Below, in pieces: positions 19,677 to 27,438 of a stretch of DNA of 64,000 bases. Every line of letters starts with the position of its first letter. The first letter of the stretch is position 1. The position numbers were made by a program, and so were the translations under genes. The notes below the pieces were generated by a model. The model had not been told where the DNA came from, ran no database searches, and saw only the letters and a list, made by a program, of their open reading frames with translations. Source of the stretch: Oligoflexia bacterium (GTDB taxonomy: Bacteria; Bdellovibrionota; UBA1018; CAIPTA01; JAALKR01); contig JAALKR010000009.1 of NCBI GenBank assembly GCA_011087955.1, forward strand, positions 2,239 through 66,238, given 5' to 3'.

Positions 19677-20461
19677 AACACCCGATTGTATTTTTGCATG
19701 GTGCGAGTATGAAGGGACCAATTTTGCAGGTGGGCCCGCTACCCTTAGGTGATTATTGGCAAAGGCTGCCGGACTATTATCGAGCGAAGGGAGTCGAAGT
19801 TGCGGTCCCAGGTTTGCCTGCGAATGGGACAATTACTGAGCAAGCGATCGTACTAAAAGACTATCTTCGCAATAAATTTCCTGGTCGAAAAGTAAATTTA
19901 ATTGGTCATTCCATGGGGGGGCTAGTGGCTAGATTCGTAGCGTCGATCCTGGATAAGGACCGTGAGATGATCGCATCCGTTACTAGCGTTGCAACGCCAA
20001 ACCGGGGTTCACCACTATCCAACTGGGCCTGGGACCAGTTGCAGGGGAAAAAAATTTGGTACTGGGCTTTGCGCCTCTTCGGATATGACCTCAAAAGTCG
20101 TAAGTTTTTTTCGGAATTGCGTCCGGAGTACATGCAGAAAAAATTTAATCCTAGAGTGCCCGATGTGCCTGAAGTCAAATACTACTCTGTTCAAGCTTGG
20201 GGAGAGCCATGGACTTGGACTTTGAGCCCTTTGCTTTACCTGCCGTACTATTTCAATAAGCAGGAAGACCATCCGATGGCTAAAGAGCGGAATGATGGAC
20301 TAGTGCCTTTTTCTTCTCAAGCTTGGGGAAAGGTGATTGTTCAAGTGAAGCTTGACCACCTGGGACAAATCAATCACCACACCTTTCGTGTCTCCTTAGA
20401 GCCCCAGGTTTTGAATTTATATGAGCAAATACTGGAACAATTCGAAAAAGATGGGTTATAA
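19673..20461 (+). CDS. Alpha/beta-hydrolase triacylglycerol lipase-like protein (no signal peptide)
   Basis: Oxyanion region 'PIVFLHG' at residues 4-10, nucleophile elbow 'GHSMGG', and distal 'NDGLV' and 'DHLGQIN' (candidate Asp/His). The GTG start overlaps the upstream stop (GTGA, 19673-19676). Confidence 0.75.
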   Translation: MKHPIVFLHGASMKGPILQVGPLPLGDYWQRLPDYYRAKGVEVAVPGLPANGTITEQAIVLKDYLRNKFPGRKVNLIGHSMGGLVARFVASILDKDREMIASVTSVATPNRGSPLSNWAWDQLQGKKIWYWALRLFGYDLKSRKFFSELRPEYMQKKFNPRVPDVPEVKYYSVQAWGEPWTWTLSPLLYLPYYFNKQEDHPMAKERNDGLVPFSSQAWGKVIVQVKLDHLGQINHHTFRVSLEPQVLNLYEQILEQFEKDGL

Positions 20462-20468
20462 GCAACCT

Positions 20469-20696
20469 ATGTTCGGCCTGTCGTTAGGACATCTTGTATT
20501 ACTACTGGTGATCGTTTTGATCTTTAGGGCAAGGAAACTGCCAGAGATTGGCCGTGGTATGCGAGATTTTGTGGAAACCTTCAAGCGTGGCTGGAGAGGT
20601 GAAGAGTTGGCGAAGTCAAAGAAGCATCAAAAGGTAGAGGGACCAATCGAGCCTGATGCAGTTCTTCCAGCTCAGAAAAAAAACGGGGAGCAATGA
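20469..20696 (+). CDS. tatA: Twin-arginine translocase subunit TatA/E
   Basis: 'MFGLSLGHLVLLLVIVLIFRARKLPEIGRGMRDFVETFKRG' shows the TatA pattern of TM helix, hinge, amphipathic helix and charged tail. The internal ATG 20469 was chosen over track start 20421, which overlaps the lipase gene. Confidence 0.85.
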   Translation: MFGLSLGHLVLLLVIVLIFRARKLPEIGRGMRDFVETFKRGWRGEELAKSKKHQKVEGPIEPDAVLPAQKKNGEQ

Positions 20697-21043
20697 TGAT
20701 TCCTTATGCGACATACAAGCTGGTTCACCTTGTTTCAGTTATGACTTTCTTTTTGTTAGCAACTGCTAGTTTTTATTCTACGAAGAAATCGAAGAAAATG
20801 GCGGCTGTGCTTGGAATTCTATCCATCATGATTTTTGCTGGCGGCATGGGGTTAATGGCTCGTCTGGGAATTGCCTCCCAGTCTTGGCCTACTTGGATTT
20901 GGGTAAAGATTGGAGTTCTTCTCCTGGTAGTTGGAGGGGCACATATGATTGCGAAACGTGTGCGGAAACCAGCAGTAATTGGTATTTCTTTTCTACTAAT
21001 TCTTTTTACAATTGCTGCCTATGTAGCCATCAATCACCCCTAA
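20693..21043 (+). CDS. Small integral membrane protein (about 4 TM), unknown function
   Basis: 116-aa ORF with four hydrophobic segments. The start overlaps the tatA stop (ATGA). Confidence 0.6.
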   Translation: MMIPYATYKLVHLVSVMTFFLLATASFYSTKKSKKMAAVLGILSIMIFAGGMGLMARLGIASQSWPTWIWVKIGVLLLVVGGAHMIAKRVRKPAVIGISFLLILFTIAAYVAINHP

Positions 21044-22725
21044 AAGCGATAGGCACCATTTATAAATACCTGGTGGCGAGAGTATTGGTGATTGAGCGTG
21101 TCTTGTGATAAGTTGCGTGTGAAGTCCCAGCCCAATTTAATGAGATAATGATTTTCACGTTTGATATTCTTTCGTAGCATCACACTAAAATTAATTTTTT
21201 TCTCCCAACCTCGGGCAGGCTGATTTCTACGTGTGTCGAGAACTGAGAGCCCTAAATAAGAAATAAGCGTTAGGTCAGTGCCGTCAAGTAGAATGGGTAA
21301 TCTATTATTAAGTTCGTAACGAATAGAGTCGGCAGAACTTTGTTTTCCGTATAACCAGGTTCCTTGCAAAGTTGTTGAAAGTTGTGCTGTCTCAGTTAGT
21401 TTAGATTTTTGGTTATAAGAAAAAATGAACTGCACGTTGGAGGAGGTGGGTAAATGGTGGTCATAATACTTGTAAGCAAGGCTGAAAGCGCTCGGACCTG
21501 CTTCCAAAATTTGTAGAGTTTCTGCAAATGAAAATTGAAAATACCTAGAAAAAAAGGCTACATTATCGCTTTGTCGGTGATCTTGCATTGTGTAGTTCAA
21601 GTCAAGCCCGAAATTATGATGAGCATTTTTTGTTAGAACATCATTCTTCTGGTCGAAAGAGAATCCCAAGGCGTAAATGATGGCATCGCTTTCAATAATT
21701 TCTGGTTCGTTTCTCTCTGTATGAAATTTAGCGCTCAATTTTGTATTGCCATTGAAGCTCCATTTATCAGACAGCCCCTTCGAATAATAAGCTCTGCCTG
21801 TAGTCTTGCTAACCATTGAGGATTGGCTAGAAGTTTGCAGGATTGCATTGTCTGCTTTGTTTATAACATTCGAGTCGTAACGGATATCCTGTTCAACCTT
21901 GAGCCTCCAAGCCTTATTGTGCGTGAATTTCGTTTTTTGCTTATCAATGAAGTCGATTCGATTTTGAGCTTCTTTCCCGGATAGAGACTCTTTGTCATAG
22001 TTATAGGCATGAACATAGAGTGATCGAATCTTCATTAGCTTGGCAATGCGTTCTCTTTCATTTTTGATTTTTTTTACGCGATCGAAATAAATTTCCGCAG
22101 TTTGGTAAAGAGCCGGTTGCTTGACCTTGTCTGGGTCTCTTTTGAGTCGAGATATTCTTTTGTAGTAGGAGAGCGCATTTTTGTTTTTATCTCGAAGCTG
22201 GTGGATATAGCCAATATAGAATGCAGAGGCTTGTGCCTTATGTTTACGTAGCAAAATCGATTTTCTGAATGCAGTAATAGCTCTTCTAAGGCGCTGGGCT
22301 GCATAGTAAGATTGGCCTAATTGATAGTAGAGATCTTCGGCCATTGCTCTCATTTTGGATGCTTTTTCAAAATTCAAAATTGCTAGGTCATATTTTTGTT
22401 GCTTAGAGTGAACGAGGCCTTTCCAATAATGAACGGTCGCCTTGATTTTTCTATTGCCACGAATCTTATTTAGCACTTCCATTGTGTCGTCATAATTGCC
22501 TTGTTTGTATAGGGCTAGGGCTTGCGCTAATGTCTTTTTTTGCGGGAGGGATTTTTGCGGAGGGATTTTTTGTGGAGAGCGTTTTGAATTTTGTACTGTT
22601 GCTGTCGGTGTTGCTACTGTTGGTGTCGTTGTTGCCGCTGCTGATAATGAATAAATAGAAAAAGCAAAAATGGAAACAACTAGTTTTGCTCTCAAGAACT
22701 GCCGCAACAATTCAGCCCCCTGCAT
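21040..22725 (-). CDS. Secreted TPR-repeat protein with C-terminal outer-membrane beta-barrel-like domain
   Basis: Signal peptide, a Thr/Pro/Gln-rich linker, and TPR-like repeats ('YKQGNYDDTMEVL', 'HYWKGLVHSKQQKYDLAILNFEKA', 'YYQLGQSYYAAQRLRRAITAFRKS'). The C-terminal half has an alternating strand pattern ending in aromatic '...NGAYRF'. It starts immediately after the upstream FecR-domain gene stop (0-nt gap). Confidence 0.65.
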   Translation of the reverse strand: MQGAELLRQFLRAKLVVSIFAFSIYSLSAAATTTPTVATPTATVQNSKRSPQKIPPQKSLPQKKTLAQALALYKQGNYDDTMEVLNKIRGNRKIKATVHYWKGLVHSKQQKYDLAILNFEKASKMRAMAEDLYYQLGQSYYAAQRLRRAITAFRKSILLRKHKAQASAFYIGYIHQLRDKNKNALSYYKRISRLKRDPDKVKQPALYQTAEIYFDRVKKIKNERERIAKLMKIRSLYVHAYNYDKESLSGKEAQNRIDFIDKQKTKFTHNKAWRLKVEQDIRYDSNVINKADNAILQTSSQSSMVSKTTGRAYYSKGLSDKWSFNGNTKLSAKFHTERNEPEIIESDAIIYALGFSFDQKNDVLTKNAHHNFGLDLNYTMQDHRQSDNVAFFSRYFQFSFAETLQILEAGPSAFSLAYKYYDHHLPTSSNVQFIFSYNQKSKLTETAQLSTTLQGTWLYGKQSSADSIRYELNNRLPILLDGTDLTLISYLGLSVLDTRRNQPARGWEKKINFSVMLRKNIKRENHYLIKLGWDFTRNLSQDTLNHQYSRHQVFINGAYRF

Positions 22726-24198
22726 TTAGATGTCGATTATAACAATAATGCTAGAGTCAGACGAACTATTTACTGTTTCTTGGTCCTCTTGTTCTGAAGC
22801 TATTTCGTCAAATTCGGCTTCTTCTTCTTCCTCCAGAGCGCCCTCGGCACTCTCTAGCGTATTACCAGTCGTTATGGGGGGGGCATCTGTTCTAGGGGTA
22901 ATGTCTGTTGGGTCAAGCACTCCTTCAGTATCGGCTCTAGGCAATGGAGGGACATATCTCGTGCCATCATTTGTCATCAATTCACCGGCTTCAGAGATTA
23001 CAGTGCCTTCCGGAAGGACTAGTTCACCGTTTTCGCCAACTTGCATTGCTGGGTTTGGAGTATAAACACCCTGTTCCGGATCAAAGGTAGCACCTTCTTC
23101 AACTCGGGGCTCTATGTATATGCCTTGTTTCAAGTCAACGTAGCCACCAGGTAGTGGAGCTCCATCCTGGGGCTCCACCGTTGCTTCCGCTGTTGTTACA
23201 TTATCACCCGAGCGCTCCTCGCTCGCTCCCACAGTTTCATCCGTCTGCGAGCCCTCCTTCTGAGAAATTATTGCTTTGCTCTCCTCTATGACTGCATTCA
23301 TAGCGCCTTCGCCTATTGCGGCTTCGAGGGCGCGCATAATAGCGTCGCCCTCTGAGGCAAACTCTAGCGGATCCACACCAGGTGGGATTGGAGAAATAAA
23401 TTGTTGTTCCCTGGAGCCTGTTTGTTTAGTGGCGGTTTGAAGCATATTCTTGTTAGACTTAAGTGCTTCGAATTGTACCGGAGAGATTCGAGCCGCTGGC
23501 GTTGCTTCCTCTGCATTGGCGCGGACAGCAGAAAAATCACCTTCAGACACTAAAACTACATTCCTACTAGCTAGCTTCTCTGCCATTACAGCTACGATCT
23601 CAGAAACTGGTTGGTTGCTGAGTTCTCGGTTTTCTTGATTGAAGCTAGTGATCGCAATAGTGTCCTCAAAGGAGATGACCAAGGTGGATGATTTCCTATC
23701 AGGTTCGAGAGAGTCTGGATTATTACCCTCACGCGGAGTTGTCACGAGGAATTCCGTACCGCGAACACTCATGGCCGCAGTCTTTGTACGGATATAAAAT
23801 TTATTTACACGCTTCCGCCTTTTCTTTTCTTCTTTCAACACGTCTTTGGTGATTTTTGCCCGGAGTTGACCACTAATTAGTTTTAGAACACTCGTTTCCT
23901 TCTCGTTATAGTGTTCAATCCTCATCTTTGAATTCGGGCCGAGGTTCATTTGGGAATTATCGGTAAAGAGTAATTTAACGAAGCTGCGCGGCCCAGTGGC
24001 GATGATGGCACCTTCTTTGATGCGTTCCTGGACTTTGAGGGGAACCATAATTTTATCGGTATTTCCACTTCGAGTGGCTTTTCCTCGCATAATAATTACT
24101 GTCGTCGCATACCCCTTTGCTTTTTCTGCAAGCGCAGTAAATGTAGTCAAAAGCCCAAAAAAAAGGAGAAGAGCTCCCCACCGCAACGTGTTTGCCAT
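22726..24198 (-). CDS. Secreted FecR-domain protein with long acidic low-complexity C-terminal region
   Basis: Signal peptide 'LLLFFGLLTTFTALA'. FecR-like beta-rich segment 'IIMRGKATRSGNTDKIMVPLKVQERIKEGAIIATGPRSFVKLLFTDNSQMNLGPNSKMRIE' and 'SVRGTEFLV'. The C terminus is E/T/P-rich and ends in an 'EEEEEAEFDE' region. Confidence 0.65.
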   Translation of the reverse strand: MANTLRWGALLLFFGLLTTFTALAEKAKGYATTVIIMRGKATRSGNTDKIMVPLKVQERIKEGAIIATGPRSFVKLLFTDNSQMNLGPNSKMRIEHYNEKETSVLKLISGQLRAKITKDVLKEEKKRRKRVNKFYIRTKTAAMSVRGTEFLVTTPREGNNPDSLEPDRKSSTLVISFEDTIAITSFNQENRELSNQPVSEIVAVMAEKLASRNVVLVSEGDFSAVRANAEEATPAARISPVQFEALKSNKNMLQTATKQTGSREQQFISPIPPGVDPLEFASEGDAIMRALEAAIGEGAMNAVIEESKAIISQKEGSQTDETVGASEERSGDNVTTAEATVEPQDGAPLPGGYVDLKQGIYIEPRVEEGATFDPEQGVYTPNPAMQVGENGELVLPEGTVISEAGELMTNDGTRYVPPLPRADTEGVLDPTDITPRTDAPPITTGNTLESAEGALEEEEEAEFDEIASEQEDQETVNSSSDSSIIVIIDI

Positions 24199-24368
24199 CC
24201 TTGGTCCACCAATCGAACAATTGAAAAAGCAAATGCCTAACTAAACTTTATGTATCCTTGTCCGCTAGTGCAAGCTTATTTAGTCGTGAATATAGTAACT
24301 CCATTGGAGGCGCCAGCAACTTCCTCTCACTCATTCCTTTTTCGCATAGTATCTGTTAAAATATAAGC

Positions 24369-24716
24369 ATGAGCAGGGGTTTGATTCTATTTGCGTCGGC
24401 TTTGTACTTTTTCACTTCTACATTTGCTTCATTTGCAGAAGCTCAATCAAAGTTAGCGTCAGGTCAAAGGTGTATTTATAATAAGTCTTGGACAAATTGC
24501 ACGCAGGACAATGACTGTAAGGTTATTAAAGGCACCTGTGGCTTTTGGGATGGGGTAGTGAGTAAAAAATATGCTCCCGCAGCCCGCCGCTATTTTATCT
24601 GCCAAGGTAAGCGCGGTGGCTGTAAAAAACCAACGGCCAAAAATAACCCTAAACCGAAAATTGGCTGCCGTGCCGGAACTTGTATGTTAACTCCACGACA
24701 GCCACAAATAAAATAG
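24369..24716 (+). CDS. Small secreted cysteine-rich protein
   Basis: 115 aa with signal peptide 'LILFASALYFFTSTFASFAEA' and multiple Cys in the mature part. No family recognised. Confidence 0.5.
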   Translation: MSRGLILFASALYFFTSTFASFAEAQSKLASGQRCIYNKSWTNCTQDNDCKVIKGTCGFWDGVVSKKYAPAARRYFICQGKRGGCKKPTAKNNPKPKIGCRAGTCMLTPRQPQIK

Positions 24717-24735
24717 CCCGCGCCAATGTTGTAAA

Positions 24736-25620
24736 TTAAAAATGCCAAGGAAACTTAGAGAAGTCCCGAGGTCGCTTTTCATTGAAATGATCACGCCCCT
24801 CTTTGGCCTCTTCCGTCCCATACGCCAATCGAGTGGCTTCTCCGGCAAAAATCTGTTGACCCATGAGCCCATCATCCGTAAGATTCAGTGCAAATTTTAT
24901 CATACGGACTGCTGTTGGGCTTTTTGAGTTTATCTCGCGTGCCCATTCTAGCGCTACATGTTCAAGTTTATTATGGCTCACGACTTTGTTGATCATGCCC
25001 ATATCAAAAGCTTCTTGGGCAGAATAATTCGCCCCTAAGAAGAAAATTTCCCGTGCACGTTTCTGGCCAATCATCTTTGCCAAATAAGCTGAGCCATAAC
25101 CTCCATCAAAGCTTCCAACATCTAGATCTGTTTGCTTAAAGATAGCGTGTTCTTTTGAGGCCAATGTTAAATCACAGACAACATGGAGTGAATGTCCGCC
25201 ACCCACAGTCCAACCAGGCACAACAGCCATCACAACTTTTGGCATCGTTCGGATCAAACGCTGGACTTCTAGAATATGTAAGCGACCTAACTTTCCACCA
25301 CTTTCATATTGGTAACCATCTTTCCCACGAATCCTTTGGTCACCGCCAGAGCAAAAAGCCCAGCCGGAATCCTTCGGTGAGGGACCATTTCCAGTAATTA
25401 AAACGACTCCCACGTCATGCCATTGCCGGGCATGATCGAGCGCTGTGTAGAGCTCATCTACGGACTGCGGACGAAAGGCATTGCGTACCTCTGGCCGATG
25501 AAAAGCAATCCGGACTGTGCCCTGATCTTTTGCACGGTGATATGTGATGTCTTGAAACTCGAAACCTGGGACTTTGTCCCAAAGCTGAGGGTCGAATATT
25601 TCTGAAATTTTTTTTGTCAT
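24736..25620 (-). CDS. menB: 1,4-dihydroxy-2-naphthoyl-CoA synthase (naphthoate synthase)
   Basis: Colinear with E. coli MenB: 'RPEVRNAFRP', 'FCSGGDQRIRG', 'VVPGWTVGGGHSLHVVCDLTLAS', 'GSFDGGYGSAYLA', and C-terminal 'EGRDHFNEKRPRDFSKF'. Confidence 0.92.
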   Translation of the reverse strand: MTKKISEIFDPQLWDKVPGFEFQDITYHRAKDQGTVRIAFHRPEVRNAFRPQSVDELYTALDHARQWHDVGVVLITGNGPSPKDSGWAFCSGGDQRIRGKDGYQYESGGKLGRLHILEVQRLIRTMPKVVMAVVPGWTVGGGHSLHVVCDLTLASKEHAIFKQTDLDVGSFDGGYGSAYLAKMIGQKRAREIFFLGANYSAQEAFDMGMINKVVSHNKLEHVALEWAREINSKSPTAVRMIKFALNLTDDGLMGQQIFAGEATRLAYGTEEAKEGRDHFNEKRPRDFSKFPWHF

Positions 25621-25624
25621 AGAA

Positions 25625-27382
25625 CTAAACCTTCTGTTTTAAAGCAGACACTTCTTGGCGTAGTCGCTTTAGCTCGTTCAACATCTCAACACGCTCTTCA
25701 TGACTTCTCTCAGCGCGCTCTTCAGCAGCCGTTTCTGTTTCAGCCTGCATCGAGTTGACAATTACAGCGATAAATAGGTTCAGCATTACAAAAGTAGTCG
25801 ACAAGATGAAGGGTACGAAGAAAAGCCAGGCATAGGGCTTTTCTTCCATCACCGGCCGCACAATTCCCATAGACCAACTCTCTAGAGTCATAATCTGAAA
25901 TAGGCTATAGGCACTCTCACCAATCGTGCCGAACCATTGAGGAAAATCATGGCCAAACAACTTAGTCGCCATAACCGCGCCAATATAAAAAAGTATGCTC
26001 ATAATAGTGCCAACTGCACCGAGGCCAGGGATGGCTTGCAATAGACTATTCACTACTCGTTTTAATGACGGAACCACCGAAACCATACGGAGGGTACGAA
26101 GGATTCGCATCGCACGCAATACACTGAATGGACCGGATGAAGGAAATAATGCAATTCCCACCACAAGAAAATCAAAAATTCGCCAAGGGTCGGTGAAAAA
26201 ACGTAGCCGGTACACAATCATTTTTGTGAGCAATTCAATTATAAAAAATCCTAGAAAGATTTGATCTATTTGCGTAAGTAAAATTTTATTTTCGTCGCTT
26301 AGGCTGGGAATAGTCTCCAATCCCAATGTGAACGCATTCAAAATAATGACGGAAATTACGAATTTTTCAAATTTGGTTGACTCAATAAGCCTGCGTAAAT
26401 TAAAGAACAAAGTATCCACAAACATTGCTTTGGCGACATAAAAGGCGACCATTGGATTTTCATACATACGGCGAATGGAGTAGGGATGCCAATCCACACC
26501 ATAAGGAACATATACACGAATTGGATGGCCGGTATTTTTAATTTCCGAGCGTAGGTTGGGCAATACTCCGTAGAGCATTTGAAATTCGTACTTATCTTTG
26601 GGGATATTGTGTTTTGCAATAATCGATTTGGCCGCATCCACAAGAACTTTGTCATGCGTAGCAATTGCAACAAAGGCGCCTTGTTCGAAAGCTAATTCCA
26701 AGCAGTGAACATAATTATCAACGATTTCCTGGTATCCCTGATAAGCGATTTCTTCTGGCTCTTTATAGATTCCCTTACAGATACGAACATTGAGTTCATT
26801 CTTGGTATGATTTTGAATGTCGTCTAAGGTTCGTTTTAAGTATGCTTGATAGACAATACCCACCCGTGAATATTTTGCTTTCAGCTCATTATAAAGACGA
26901 ATTGTATCATCTGTGAATGTAGCGTTTTCCATGTCGATGCGTACAAAGATTTCGTGTTTGCAAGCCACTTCAATCAGTCGAGAGAAATTAGCAAAAGCCA
27001 GTTCATAGGAGACGCAAAGGCCAAGTGCTGTAGGTTTTACCGAAACACCGGAGGCGATTTGTTTGCGTATGATATCTTTCACTAATACGATATATTGGTC
27101 CGTATACGCAAGGGCAGCTCTCTCAGTATATACCGACTCACCCAGAATATCCAAGGTGCCCTTAACATTTTCGTTGTTTAGTTCCTGGGTTTTTTGCAAA
27201 GCAGTGTGGCTATCTTCACCGGCCACATATTTAAATGCGATGGGTTTAATCATAGCTAGCGGCAAGAATTCTAAGATGCGCACTAGTAATTGACTTAATT
27301 TTAGTAATCGACTTAATTTCATTGGTGAATTACCCCAAGGATTGGTATCAATATCACCCAGGTAATCGAGCGACAAGTTCAA
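25625..27382 (-). CDS. Fusion protein: proline dehydrogenase (N-terminal) joined to a NavAb/NaChBac-type voltage-gated sodium channel (C-terminal)
   Basis: One uninterrupted 585-codon ORF. Residues about 21-320 are PRODH ('FKYVAGED', 'GTLDILGE', 'VRIDMEN', 'GIVYQAYLKRT', 'RICKGIY', 'IATHD', 'FQMLYGV', 'VYVPYG', 'IRRMYENP'). Residues about 325-585 are a 6-TM channel with S4 'LRAMRILRTLRM' (nt 26057-26119), pore 'FQIMTLESWSMGIVRPVM' (filter at nt 25865-25888) and a C-terminal coiled coil 'VEMLNELKRLRQEVSALKQKV'. The track start is TTG 27382; an alternative ATG at 27322 (Met21) aligns better with PRODH N termini. Confidence 0.85.
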   Translation of the reverse strand: MNLSLDYLGDIDTNPWGNSPMKLSRLLKLSQLLVRILEFLPLAMIKPIAFKYVAGEDSHTALQKTQELNNENVKGTLDILGESVYTERAALAYTDQYIVLVKDIIRKQIASGVSVKPTALGLCVSYELAFANFSRLIEVACKHEIFVRIDMENATFTDDTIRLYNELKAKYSRVGIVYQAYLKRTLDDIQNHTKNELNVRICKGIYKEPEEIAYQGYQEIVDNYVHCLELAFEQGAFVAIATHDKVLVDAAKSIIAKHNIPKDKYEFQMLYGVLPNLRSEIKNTGHPIRVYVPYGVDWHPYSIRRMYENPMVAFYVAKAMFVDTLFFNLRRLIESTKFEKFVISVIILNAFTLGLETIPSLSDENKILLTQIDQIFLGFFIIELLTKMIVYRLRFFTDPWRIFDFLVVGIALFPSSGPFSVLRAMRILRTLRMVSVVPSLKRVVNSLLQAIPGLGAVGTIMSILFYIGAVMATKLFGHDFPQWFGTIGESAYSLFQIMTLESWSMGIVRPVMEEKPYAWLFFVPFILSTTFVMLNLFIAVIVNSMQAETETAAEERAERSHEERVEMLNELKRLRQEVSALKQKV

Positions 27383-27438
27383 TTTATCCGAATTATTTAT
27401 ATGTTTGTATGTTTATATGTTGGGAGGAGGTGCGATCT

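Noticed and set aside
27322-27438. Track-predicted N-terminal extension of the nitronate monooxygenase ORF
   Set aside because: The extra 39 residues have no family similarity and overlap the divergent PRODH-channel gene. ATG 27439 has a strong SD.
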